64,000 bases of DNA. Source: Candidatus Marinacidobacterales bacterium. GTDB lineage: Bacteria > Acidobacteriota > Vicinamibacteria > Marinacidobacterales > SMYC01. The stretch lies in contig OZ250169.1 in the NCBI GenBank assembly GCA_965237955.1, positions 1,152,001 to 1,216,000 on the forward strand, given 5' to 3'. Positions within the stretch are counted from its first letter, which is position 1. Each line of letters starts with the position of its first letter. The translations under genes were made by a program, and so were the position numbers. Shown piece after piece: positions 31,100 through 41,384 of the stretch. The notes below the pieces were generated by a model. That model was not told the origin of the DNA and did no database searches. It worked only from the letters and a program-made list of their open reading frames with translations.

Positions 31100-32542
31100 A
31101 TGCCTGTGAAAGTTCTCATCCCGACGCCGCTTCGGCCCTATGCCGATCATCAGGATTGTGTCGAGTTGGAAGGCGCGAACGTCGGAGAGCTTCTCGACAA
31201 CCTGGCCAGCCGCTACGGCGAGCTGCGAAAGCATTTGTTCGACGAGTCCGGACAGCTTCGGAGCTTCGTGAACGTTTACGTCAACGAAGACGACATTCGC
31301 TCGCTCTCTCGTGTCGACACCGCCGTCGACGAAGCCGACGTCGTGAGCATCGTGCCGTCGATTGCCGGGGGCTCACAGGCAGATGAGGAAGACGTGAGCT
31401 TCAGCCACGAAGAGGTCCGGCGCTACAGCCGTCACCTCATCATGCCCGAAGTAGGGATGGAGGGTCAGACGAAGCTGAAGAAGGCGAGTGTCCTGATGGT
31501 GGGCGCGGGTGGTCTGGGCGCTCCGCTTGGAATGTATCTCACGGCTGCGGGTATCGGTCGTCTCGGCATCGTGGACTTCGACGTCGTCGATCACTCGAAT
31601 CTGCAGCGGCAGGTGACGTTCGGGACGAAAGACGTCGGGCGCAAAAAGCTCGACGCGGCAACCGAGCGTCTTTCCGATATCAACCCCCACATCACCATCG
31701 AGCCGCACGAAGCGCGGTTATCGTCGGCGAACGCGCTCGAGCTGTTTCGCGACTACGACATCATCGTCGACGGCACCGATAACTTCCCGACGCGCTACCT
31801 CGTGAACGACGCGTGCGTTCTGCTCGGAAAGCCCAACGTCTACGGGAGTATCTTTCGCTTCGAAGGCCAGGTTTCGGTGTTCGATGCCAAGAAAGGACCC
31901 TGCTACCGCTGCCTCTATCCCGAGCCGCCACCCCCAGGACTGGTTCCGAGCTGCGCCGAAGGAGGCGTTCTCGGCGTGTTGCCGGGAATCGTGGGCTCGC
32001 TCCAGGCGCTCGAGGTCATCAAGCTCGTGCTCGGGGCGGGCGATTCGATGATTGGACGGCTGCTCGTGTTCGACGCTCTCGCGATGCGCTTTCGCGAGCT
32101 GCGCCAGCGCAAAGACCCTGAGTGCCCGCTGTGCAGTGAGACGGCCACGATCAAGGGGCTCATCGACTACGAAGAATTCTGCGGCATTCCTCAGGCGCAA
32201 GAGGAAGAGAAGAGGAGCGGCCAAGTTCCAACAGTGACCGTGAAGGAGCTCAAGCGTCTTCTCGATGAGCACCAGGACGTTTTCGTGCTCGATGTCCGCG
32301 AACCGCACGAATGGGACATCGCGCATTTGGAAGGAGCGACGTTAATCCCGCTCGGCCGATTGGCTCACGAAGTCCATCGCCTCGACTCCGCGGACGATAT
32401 CGTCGTCCACTGCCGGAGCGGCGGGCGGAGCGCCGAGGCGACGAAGTTTCTCAGGGAGGCAGGCTTCGGCAAAGTGAGGAACCTCGCAGGCGGGATCCTC
32501 GCGTGGGCTGATGAGATCGACTCGTCGATCCCGAAGTATTAG
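31100..32542 (+). CDS. moeB: Fusion of ubiquitin-like sulfur carrier (MoaD/CysO), MoeB/ThiF E1 and rhodanese
   Basis: Ubl ending VPSIAGG; RYSRH, GAGGLG, SNLQRQ, CYRC and CPLC; rhodanese DVRE...HCRSGGRS. Confidence 0.92.
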   Translation: MPVKVLIPTPLRPYADHQDCVELEGANVGELLDNLASRYGELRKHLFDESGQLRSFVNVYVNEDDIRSLSRVDTAVDEADVVSIVPSIAGGSQADEEDVSFSHEEVRRYSRHLIMPEVGMEGQTKLKKASVLMVGAGGLGAPLGMYLTAAGIGRLGIVDFDVVDHSNLQRQVTFGTKDVGRKKLDAATERLSDINPHITIEPHEARLSSANALELFRDYDIIVDGTDNFPTRYLVNDACVLLGKPNVYGSIFRFEGQVSVFDAKKGPCYRCLYPEPPPPGLVPSCAEGGVLGVLPGIVGSLQALEVIKLVLGAGDSMIGRLLVFDALAMRFRELRQRKDPECPLCSETATIKGLIDYEEFCGIPQAQEEEKRSGQVPTVTVKELKRLLDEHQDVFVLDVREPHEWDIAHLEGATLIPLGRLAHEVHRLDSADDIVVHCRSGGRSAEATKFLREAGFGKVRNLAGGILAWADEIDSSIPKY

Positions 32543-32554
32543 AGGGCGGTGACG

Positions 32555-32610
32555 CCCCCCTCACCCGATGTCGCTATCGCGACATCGACCTCTCCCCCAG
32601 GGGGAGAGGG
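32555..32610. repeat. REP-like double-hairpin element between convergent genes
   Basis: CGATGTCGC/GCGACATCG and CCTCTCCCC/GGGGAGAGG stems. Confidence 0.7.
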
Positions 32611-32612
32611 TT

Positions 32613-33792
32613 TTACTGAGTCGCAACGCGGATGATGGCGGCTAGTCTTTGCTCTACGTCGTCCTCGGTGGTGGCCCAGGAGGAGACGCTGATGCGCATG
32701 GCGGCGTTCCTTTCCAGGTCGTGCCGCTGCACCAGCACGTGCCGTCCTGTTGCACCGCCGTGATGACCTCCTGGGTGCGCTCGGCACTTCCGAAAGAAAC
32801 GAGAACCTGATTGAGCACGACGTCGTTCAGAATCTCGAAACCGGCGTCCCTCAGTCCATCGGCAAAGCGTTGGGCGTAGCGGCAGTTTCGATCGACGAGG
32901 TCCGCGAGACCGGAGCGACCCATCGACGCGAGCGCCGCCCAGATCTCGACGCCGCGTGCGCGGCGCGACGATTCCGGCGTGTAGTCGCACGGTTGGCGCT
33001 CGTAGCTCTCGGGGAGATAGGCGGCGGTGATCGATAGCGTGTTCCGTGCGGCGTCGGGATCGCGATAGAGCGCGAGACCTGCGTCGTAGGGAACGTTGAG
33101 CCACTTGTGGAGATCCGTCGCGATCGAATCCACGTTGGCAATCCCATCGACGAGATGCGCGTGCGTCGGCGAAGCTTTGGCCCAGAGACCAAACGCCCCA
33201 TCGACGTGTACCCACGTGTCGTGATCGCGCGCGATCTCCGTACCGATTTTATCGATGCGATCGAAGCTCCCCGTGTTGACGTTACCTGCCTGCAGGCACA
33301 CGATGCTCGGTCTGGATAGTTTCGGAATCGCATCGGCCTTCATCCGACCTTGATCGTCGACGGGTACTTTGGTGACGCGTTCGCGACCGAAACCGGCGAG
33401 CGCCAACGCTTGGAAAAGAGTCGTGTGTGCCTCCTCTCCAACGACGACTTGCACCTCGGGCGCGCCGAAGAGTCCGTTGGCCTCGACATCCCATCCAGCT
33501 CGTTTCAACACCGCGTGTCGTCCGGCGACGAGGCCCGAGAAATTTCCCATCGTCGTGCCGGTGACGAACCCGCCTCCCCACGTATCGGGGAGGTCGAGAA
33601 TGTCGCGGATCCAAGACAAAGCGACGTTCTCCAACGCCGCACTTCCTGTGGCGGCACTGGATCTTCAGGAAGCGGCACGCTGAGCTCGCTCAGCCGGGCG
33701 ACCGCGTCGTCGCCCGGCTGAACGGGTCGAATAGAAAGTGATTCGAGGTAGCGAACCGAGCGAGCGTGGGCGTCCGCAAGCAGCTCTTTCAT
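32613..33792 (-). pseudogene. Group II PLP-dependent decarboxylase with internal deletion and frameshifts
   Basis: HVDGAFG, DLHKWLNVPYD; N-terminus (ATG 33792) and C-terminus (AAMRISVSSW) lie in different frames. Confidence 0.85.
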
Positions 33793-33872
33793 GGCGCCGC
33801 GATTGTAGACAAAAAAGGGCCACACGGCCTTCCGGAGGGAAAGCGATGGGTTGAGAGACCGCGAGCGTCCGG

Positions 33873-34010
33873 CTACCGCTTGGATGCGTCTCGCTGTTTG
33901 TCGGGTTTTCCCGCCTTGGTGCGTGCCTGCTCGATCAGCCGCTCGAAGCGGCGCCTACGCTTGGCCCAGGCACCAGGGGGGCGTTTGGAGAACACATTGC
34001 TTGCGTACAT
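33873..34010 (-). CDS. Possible 45-aa basic small protein
   Basis: ATG preceded by AGAGGAA and an A-rich leader; divergent from alkA. Confidence 0.35.
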   Translation of the reverse strand: MYASNVFSKRPPGAWAKRRRRFERLIEQARTKAGKPDKQRDASKR

Positions 34011-34121
34011 TTCGGTTCCTCTTTCCGCGTTTTCGCCTTGTTTTTTGTTTTCGTTGTTCGTTAGTAAGACGACAGGAGGCGGAAGAAAGTTCCCTCGATT
34101 TTCGTTAAGCTCTCGTAAAAT

Positions 34122-34963
34122 ATGCGCGTTAGCTATGACGTCGTGCCCCGCCGGCCATTTTCGCTCGCCCGGACCGCAGCCCGTCTCGCCCGGTTTCCGG
34201 AGCTGGTGGACCGGTTTCGCGACGGGACGTACCAGCGACTTCTGTTTGTAAAGCGCGCGCCGGTGCTGATGACCGTCAACCAGGAGGGTCCTCCCTCGAG
34301 AGCTTCGCTTCACGTCACCCTCACCGGTGAGGTGGCACGCGCGCCCGAGGCGAAGCGCGACGCCGGTAACGTCCTGGACAAGGTGCTTGGTGCGTCGACG
34401 GACGTACGCCCGTTCTACCGCTCCTTCGGAAAGGACCCGTTGCTCGGTCCACTGATTCGCAGACATTCGGGCCTGCGTGTTGCGGGGCGGGTTTCCGTTT
34501 GGGAGACCCTGCTTCAGATTGTTTTGTCCCAGCAAATCAACCTGGCGCTCGCGCACGGTATCTTGTCGGATCTCGTCGAGAGCTACAGCCGCCGCGCGCG
34601 ATTCGACGGGGAACGCTACTACGCCCCCCCGACGACGCGCCGTTTTTCGAAACTCACCGTAAACGAGCTCCGTGAGCACCGCTTGAGCGGGTCGAAGGCG
34701 CGAACGTTGTTGGGTCTCGCGAAGGCGTTCGAAGCCGGCGATATCTCGGAGGCCATGTTCGAGGCGATGGATGACGAGAGCGCCGTCGAGTTTCTAACAT
34801 CGTTCAAGGGCGTCGGCCGATGGACCGCCGAGTTCACGCTTTTGCGAGGTCTCTCGCGTTTGGACGTTTTTTCCTGCAGGCGATCTCGGAGTTATCAAGT
34901 ATCTTCCTCAGAGATTGCTCGGTCGCAACAAGCCTACGAGCGAGGACGAGATGCGACGGTTTG
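34122..34963 (+). pseudogene. alkA: AlkA-type DNA-3-methyladenine glycosylase, frameshifted and truncated by IS5 sequence
   Basis: LSQQINL, HhH FKGVGRWTAE, DVF then frameshift in a T-run near 34870 (PAGDLG in the next frame). Confidence 0.85.
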
Positions 34964-35657
34964 CGCCGCCGGCGTCGTATGCGGTGTCAGCTCTGGCCGA
35001 TGAGATGGGACTGTCGATCTGTCCGACAAGCGATGCAACCCGCGATGAATCGCGGGCTCTTTTGCTCGTCAGCTCGCCGGCGACGACTTCGCCAGTCTGC
35101 TCGTCGACACACAGATGGAGCTTGCGATAGTCCCTGCTCTTTGGTGCTCTGCGCAGCTGGCCGGCGTGGACAGCGAGACCGCTGCTGTCGATCAAGATGT
35201 GCAACGGCGTCTTCTGCTTGTCTTGGTAGAAGGGGACCTTACCCAGCTTCGCCTTGCGCCTCGAGATCGTGGTGTGATCGGGCACATCATTGTCTAGCTT
35301 CATCAGAGCGAACAACGATCGCAGCAATCCCTCGCTCTGCCTAGATGACAGATGAAACACCATGCCCAGGGTGACAGCCGTCTCGATGGCGTGGTTCGAG
35401 TACTTGCGTTGACGGCCCGGTTTCCTCCTCCTCGGCCGGGGCGCGTCCCAGTTCACAAGCTTGCCGGCGGTGAGCGAGATCCAGACGGTCAGGCTCCCGC
35501 GGTTGCGTAGACCCGCCTCATATTCACGCCAATTCCTCACGCGATAGGCCTTCTTCACATACTTCCGCTGAGTGCGTTTGAAAATGCTCATGGGGAACCT
35601 CGAATCCGTGAGTAAAGGACAATTGTGGACCGAGATCGCGAGTTGTGCACCAAGGCA
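34964..35657 (-). mobile_element. IS5 family (IS903 group) partial copy A: left end plus 694 bp
   Basis: Near-identical to 47175..48261; IR at 35640-35657. Confidence 0.95.
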
Positions 35658-35979
35658 ACGAGAAGGCGCGTATCCGTGCGTGGTACGCTGTTTCTTCCTC
35701 GCCTTGGAGACTTTTTATCTCACCGTGCTCGTAGAGAAGCTCCGCGACGACGATACATTTGCCGGCATCGAGGCTGCCGCCGGGGCTGAAGAGGGTGAGG
35801 ATCTGATCGACAGGAATGGCAAGCAACGTTTCGACGTCGAGGCCTACGATGTTTTTGGCCGCCTCGGCGATGGCGAGCTCGGCTTCGTCGTACCGTTTGG
35901 CTTTCTTGAACGTGAGGACCGCGCCCAGGGTCTTGGCGAGCTGCTCGACGAGCCGGAGGATGTAGTCGCGCTGGAACAC
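35658..35979 (-). pseudogene. DUF6483-like protein, 3' truncated by IS
   Basis: FQRDYILRLVEQLAKTL N-terminal motif. Confidence 0.65.
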
Positions 35980-35984
35980 GCCGT

Positions 35985-36124
35985 CTAGTGGGTCAACGCA
36001 TAAATAATGTAGTTGACGCCGAGTTTGTAGCCTTCGTTGGAGAGCTCGATGGGGTAGTACCCGTGTTCGGACCACTCCCAGTACTCGCCGATATCGTTGT
36101 TGAAGTTGGCGACCACTTGGACGC
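35985..36124 (-). pseudogene. C-terminal fragment of a DUF4159-like protein
   Basis: Manual translation VVANFNNDIGEYWEWSEHGYYPIELSNEGYKLGVNYIIYALTH-stop. Confidence 0.7.
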
Positions 36125-36686
36125 CGAGCCGCCGGCCGAGCTGGAGGTTGAGCTAGAACGAGCACTTCGCGAGCACGACACTGTGTTTCGAGACGAGCTC
36201 GCTCCGGACGCGCCCGAGCTCGCAATCGACGCGGCCCATTGGGGCGCCAAAAAGCTGTATCAATCGTGCCAGCTGCTGACGATGCGGGATGCGCCGCCGG
36301 CCGTCGCCCACGACACGCTCTTGGACCCGTACGATGGGCCTCGTGGGCCCGAAACGGAATACTCCGTCGATCTCACCCTCGCGTACTTGCCGAGTTTGTT
36401 CCACCTCGCTGAGCGGGTGGCGCCGGACGACCCCGTCCTCGACGCGGTGCGACAGCTCGCGTCGGAGTGGCCGCTTTCGTCCGTGGGGATTTCCGGCATC
36501 GATTGCCCGACTCGGTTGTTGTTTTGGGAGAATCACAGCCTGCGGACGCTCTACGTCGACCGCTTGCTCGAGACCCGCGACCTGACCCGTCTAGAGGATC
36601 CGCTCGTTGCGCGCACCACTCAAGCGGCGCTCGGTGCGTATCCCGAGCTCGAGCCCAAGATCATGGAGTTCCTGAACGCCTCATGA
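36125..36686 (+). pseudogene. MoxR ternary system component (bpX4-like), 5' truncated
   Basis: AAHWGAKKLY, YSVDLTLAYLP, DDPVL, WPLSSVG, LRTLYVDR, ALGAYPEL; ATGA overlap with MoxR. Confidence 0.65.
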
Positions 36687-37825
36687 CCGAATCCCTCGCT
36701 TACGGCAAGCGCTTGCGTGACGAAGTCCTCGAGCCGATGAAGATCGCTTTCGTAGCCAAGGACGAGATCATCGATCTGCTCGGCATTTGTCTCGTCGGCG
36801 GTCAGAACTTGTTCTTGCTCGGCCCTCCGGGGACGGCGAAGAGCCTGCTCGTGCACGATTTGAGCGCGAGGCTTCGGGGCCAAACGTTCGACTATCTGCT
36901 CACGCGGTTCACCGAGCCGAACGAGCTCTTCGGACCGTTCGACATTCGCAAGCTCAGGGAAGGCGAGCTCATCATCAACACCGAAGGCATGTTGCCGGAG
37001 GCGTCGCTCGTGTTCCTCGATGAGCTCTTGAACGCCAACAGCGCCATTCTCAACAGCCTGTTGATGGCACTCAACGAGCGTATCTTTCGGCGGGGCCGGG
37101 AGACGCGCGCGTTGAAAGCTCTCATGTTCGTGGGCGCGAGCAACCACACGCCCGAAGACGACGCGTTGAAAGCGCTCTACGATCGGTTCTTGATGCGAGT
37201 GCATTGCGACAACGTCGCCGAGGAACGGCTTCCCGAAGTGTTGCACGCAGGATGGAAGCTCGAGGCCGGCCGTCCGGCGGAAGCGGCGTTCGGGTTCGAC
37301 GAAGTCGAAGCGCTCCAGCGCTTGCTCCCGCTGGTCGATCTCGCACCGATTCAAAAACGCTACGTCGAGCTCGTGCACCGCATCCGTCAGGCCGGAATTC
37401 CCGTGTAGGACCGCCGTGCGGTGAAGCTCCAAAACGCGATTGCCGCGAGCGCGATCCTGTGCGGCCGGCTCGACGCGCGGATGACCGACCTGTGGGTATT
37501 GCGGTTCACATGGGAAACGGAAGAGCAGCAAGAAGTCCTCCGCGAGCTGGTCGAGCAAACTCTCAGAGATCTCGCGATGGACGAGGCCGACCACCCGCGG
37601 GCGCGTGCCGGAGACGAGCCCGACGCGGAAGAGCTCGCGCGCGAGCTCGCGGGGATCGCGCAGCAAATCGATCAGAATCAAAACTCCAGTGAAGACCGGC
37701 TCTATCTTCGAGACCGCCTCTCCATCCTCGACGGTCGTTGCCAGTGGGTGAGCGACACCGACAAACGGGAGCTTCTCACCGGGCAAGTTTCGGAGCTTTG
37801 GAAGAAACTCCCGGAGCTCGCCTAG
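36683..37825 (+). pseudogene. MoxR/RavA-type AAA+ ATPase with in-frame TAG at 37406-37408
   Basis: GPPGTAKS, YLLTRFTEPNELFGP, FLDE, NSAILNSLL, GASN, ALYDRF; frame continues GIPV*DRRAVKLQ. Confidence 0.88.
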
Positions 37826-37876
37826 CAGCATGCGTCTGCGAAAAGCGAAGAAAGAATCCACGCCGAAGGCGTTTCA

Positions 37877-37900
37877 CTTTGCGCCTTTGCGCCTTTGCGT
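37877..37900 (+). repeat. Three tandem CTTTGCGY octamers
   Basis: CTTTGCGC CTTTGCGC CTTTGCGT, with degenerate copies to about 37929. Confidence 0.75.
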
Positions 37901-37935
37901 TGTTTTTTGCCTTTGCTCTCTGCGGTGAATAAGAA

Positions 37936-38675
37936 GTGCCGAGCTGGGCTTTGTCGTTGCGCCGGTCGCAGGCGAAGGCTCTTGCCAGACTCCACAACGT
38001 CGCCGACGTGCGTATCGGTGATTTGGGGGAGCTCGTGTGGGCGCGCGGCATCGGAACCGAGAGTGAAGTCGAGCACATCCTGACTCGGGTGCCGTCGAGT
38101 CGTTTCTTCGAAGTTGTGCATCACGACCGTTTGCGACCGAGAGGTCGACTGTTGCCGACCGCAAGGCTCCCGGACGTTCGCTGGGTACCGCTTCCAGAGT
38201 GGCTTTCCATCCGTATCCCAACTCCGGCGCTTCCGGGGGAGCTATCAGGTTCCGCCGAGCTTCGGCTCGTGGTCGACCACGCGGGCCCTACAGCGGATTC
38301 CGGCGAAGAGGTCTTCCTTTGCAAAGTCCAAGCGTTCCGAGAGTTTTTGCTGAGAAATCCTCTACACCGTCTCCGGCCGCTCCGTTTCGTCGTCAACGAC
38401 GCTCGTTCCGAAGTGCTCGTGCGCGGGAAACCGCTTCCCTCGTTCCGGGAGAGCGCTTCGTTCTCCAGGGCGGGATCGCTACTCCGGTGGGGCGAGCGTG
38501 GTCCCCACCGGTCGGCGCTAGCGTCATACGGGCTTGGCTTGGTTTGAGAGACGGCACGATGGCGCTTTGGCGAGCGGACGGCGCCGGTGGCGGCGGTGGC
38601 GGTGGCGGTATCAGTGAGATCGACGAGGATGCATTCGTTGCCGCGTCGCGGCGTGCTGGGCGGAAGCTTTGCTAG
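37936..38675 (+). pseudogene. MoxR ternary system component (bpX2-like), frameshift near 38445
   Basis: RLRPRGRLLPTARLP..RW.PL.EWL, RL.PLRF, GKPLPS then PGERF in the next frame. Confidence 0.65.
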
Positions 38676-41374
38676 AGAGCCCGGATCCTAGAGAGCGGCT
38701 CTCGTACTTCGTGCCGTCTCCTTCGTCCCCATGGCAGTGGACCAGAGACGGGAGCGTCGTCGTCTGGTACGACGGCTCCACGGTAGCCTTTCGTGAGGAA
38801 GTCGAGTCGATCCTGCACGAGCTCGCCGCCGACGGTCTTCCTCCATTCGGCGGCATCGTGTTGATCCTGGCGGCGCTGAAAGGGAAAACGCTGGACGGAT
38901 CGTGGATGCTGGGACCCGCGGTCCTCGAAGAGGTCACGTCGCTCGAGGATGTCGGCGGTCTGAGGCGTCAGATGAGCGTCCGCATCGAAAAAGCACTCGA
39001 CGAGCTCGTGGATGTCGTCGCCACGTTGTCGCTCCAGAACATCCCGGCGCTACGCGAGCCCAAGGGCAAGGCTGCGCTCGCGGAGACTCTTCTCTCGGGT
39101 GAGCGTCGTATCTGCTCTCCCGATCAGGCGCGAAGTCTCATCGACGACTTGGAGTCTGGAGCGCTCGAAGGCACGGGGTGGATGCGGCCGTCGTGGCGCT
39201 CGGCGTCGCGACTTCTGAACGACGTCGAGGCTCTCGGGCGCGGATGGAAGCGCTTCGACGCCCGCTCGTTCATGTTGCGACTTCACTCGGGCCTGGACGA
39301 GCTTCCGCAAGAGCCCAAAACAGACGCGATCGCCGCGTCGGTGAAAGCACGGCGGCTCCTGGCCGAGCTCGAGAACGACGAAGGGTTTTCCGGTCTGGCG
39401 AAGCTGACGCGCAACCTGATGGCGGCGATCTACTTGCCTCATCGGGTGCTGCCCCGAGACGAAGCTCCGAGCGGGGGATTCGCAGATATCTCTAACCGTG
39501 GCTCGCTCGACCGGCTGCTTCTGAGTGAGTTGGCGCACGACGATTTGACCCTCGCGGTACGTGTGGCGTTGAACGAGGCGCTCTGCGTCAAGCGCGAGCC
39601 GCCGGGAGAAAAGCCCGAAGGTAGGTTCTCGGTGCTCTTGGACACCGGGCTACGGTTGTGGGGCGTGCCGCGCGTGTACGCCACCGCGGTGGCGCTCGCG
39701 CTCGTGGCGGTTCAATCGCGCAAACGAGAAGTCGCGATCTTTCGCGCGCGAGGTGCTCACGTCGAGGAAGTCGATTTGTTGACCCGCGAAGGGTTGACGG
39801 AGCATTGGGGGATCCTGGGAACGGAGCTCCATCCGGGACGCGCGCTCGCCGATTTCGTGTCACGGCAGAAGCGCGACGGTGGCGACGAAAGTGTCGTCGT
39901 CACCGAGGCCGACGCGGCCGACGATCCCGAGTTCCGTTGGTGCTTGCGCACGCAAGATCTCGAGAAGCTCTATCTCGCGACCGTTGCACGCTCGGGTCGT
40001 TTCCGCCTGCTCGAGTACCCTGGGCTCGATAGGAAACCGCTGTCGGATGCGACGCTCGACCTCGACGAGATCCTGCCGTCCGAACGTACTACGACCAGCC
40101 CCGTTCTCGATCCCAATTACGACCCCGACCTCCCGGTGATTCTGGCAGTGCGGCCTTTTCCGTTTCTGTTTCCAGTGCGCGGCCGGGTGCAGCACGTCGT
40201 CAACGACGCGAGCGGCGACGGAGTCTGCGCCATGCGCGACGGGCGCTTGCTCGTTTGGTCGGGACGAAAACACGGAGCCTGCCAGCTCACCGCGGAGCTT
40301 CCGCGAGGCAAGACCGTCCTCATCGAGAGAACCGAGAACGAGGTCATCCTCGTCAAGTTCCTCCACCAGAGTGTCCGCATCGTCACTGTGGGGGCGGGCG
40401 GTGATGTGGCAACGGTCGAAAGAGCGCTGACGTCTGACTTGCTGGGCGCGCGCTACGAGTCGGGCGCGGTGATCTTGATTTTTGCCGACGGCGTCGAGGC
40501 GCTCGATCCGCTGACGGGCGCGCTTATCTCCGAGGTCGATACCGGCGACAAGCTTTGGGCGCGCGGGCGGTATTTCGCCGGCAACGGCTGGCACGCGTTG
40601 ACGTGGGACGGATTGGCGCTCGCGCTCGTGCCGGTTCGCATCGAGCCGTTTGAGGGTTTTCAGCCGGAAGACGTCATTCAAGTCTTCGACAGCCTGGCGC
40701 ACGAGGGTCCGCTCGTCCTCGTGCGTGGACATGGCGTCAGGAGCGCGACCGGCGAGCTCTTGCTCGGAGGTGACGTCGCCTACGTTGAAGGTATCTCTGC
40801 CGACGGCAGTCGCGTGTTGGCGAACGCGGCCGACGGTTCGTATCTCTGTTTCGATCTCGAGAAGCGCAAATTGAGAAAACTGGCGGTGTCTCCTGGTCGT
40901 TGGCTCGACGCGCGCGCGGCTTACGTCCCCACGCGGAGTTTGAGGCGTCGTTTTACCCACGTGACCGCGACCATCGACGGACGGTTCGAGCTTCGCTCGC
41001 CCAAAGGCCAGTGGCTCGGGATGCATGTGCCCGGGCGCGGTGTGATCCATCTGACTCCGCGACAACACGGCGCGACAGGACCGACGGTCGGATTCGTTCC
41101 ACGACGGACGTCCAAGCGATTCGGCTGCGAGCTCGCCACGGCGACGTGGAACGACGGAACGCGCGCGTATTGGGATAGCCGCGGGCTGTTACATCTGAAG
41201 TCGAGCGATCCCGACATCGAGGAGGTGAGCCTGGTCGTAGGCGAGTGGGAGGTCGCCGCGTGGTGCTCGGACGGAACGATTTGCGGCCCGAAGTTTTTCA
41301 CCGGACGCGAAGATACGGAAACCGCCGAGAGCATGCTCGAAAAGATCGCGCGCATCGTGAGGCGGATCTCATGA
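38669..41374 (+). CDS. MoxR partner with degenerate vWA domain and beta-rich C-terminus (bpX0/bpX1-like)
   Basis: GLPPFGGIVL, GGFADISNRGSLDRLLLSELA, VLLDTGLRLWGVPR, DSRGLLHLKS. Confidence 0.78.
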   Translation: MLESPDPRERLSYFVPSPSSPWQWTRDGSVVVWYDGSTVAFREEVESILHELAADGLPPFGGIVLILAALKGKTLDGSWMLGPAVLEEVTSLEDVGGLRRQMSVRIEKALDELVDVVATLSLQNIPALREPKGKAALAETLLSGERRICSPDQARSLIDDLESGALEGTGWMRPSWRSASRLLNDVEALGRGWKRFDARSFMLRLHSGLDELPQEPKTDAIAASVKARRLLAELENDEGFSGLAKLTRNLMAAIYLPHRVLPRDEAPSGGFADISNRGSLDRLLLSELAHDDLTLAVRVALNEALCVKREPPGEKPEGRFSVLLDTGLRLWGVPRVYATAVALALVAVQSRKREVAIFRARGAHVEEVDLLTREGLTEHWGILGTELHPGRALADFVSRQKRDGGDESVVVTEADAADDPEFRWCLRTQDLEKLYLATVARSGRFRLLEYPGLDRKPLSDATLDLDEILPSERTTTSPVLDPNYDPDLPVILAVRPFPFLFPVRGRVQHVVNDASGDGVCAMRDGRLLVWSGRKHGACQLTAELPRGKTVLIERTENEVILVKFLHQSVRIVTVGAGGDVATVERALTSDLLGARYESGAVILIFADGVEALDPLTGALISEVDTGDKLWARGRYFAGNGWHALTWDGLALALVPVRIEPFEGFQPEDVIQVFDSLAHEGPLVLVRGHGVRSATGELLLGGDVAYVEGISADGSRVLANAADGSYLCFDLEKRKLRKLAVSPGRWLDARAAYVPTRSLRRRFTHVTATIDGRFELRSPKGQWLGMHVPGRGVIHLTPRQHGATGPTVGFVPRRTSKRFGCELATATWNDGTRAYWDSRGLLHLKSSDPDIEEVSLVVGEWEVAAWCSDGTICGPKFFTGREDTETAESMLEKIARIVRRIS

Positions 41375-41384
41375 GGTCTCTCCA

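Noticed and set aside
34021-34120. LexA box upstream of alkA
   Set aside because: One GTTC is present, but there is no correctly spaced GTTC-N7-GTTC repeat or CTGT-N8-ACAG palindrome
35524-35657. Recurrent peptide PWCTTRDLGPQLSFTHGFEV as a shared protein domain
   Set aside because: It is read-through into the IS5 left end, appended to several truncated genes
35988-36686. ORF-track 232-aa protein as one gene
   Set aside because: Its first ~45 codons are the antisense of a DUF4159-like C-terminus, so the ORF spans a chimeric junction
37406-37408. Stop-codon recoding (TAG here and at 56959, TGA at 51911)
   Set aside because: Intact genes here end in TAG and TGA normally. The expected residues are one substitution away (TCG, CGA), and frameshifts are equally common
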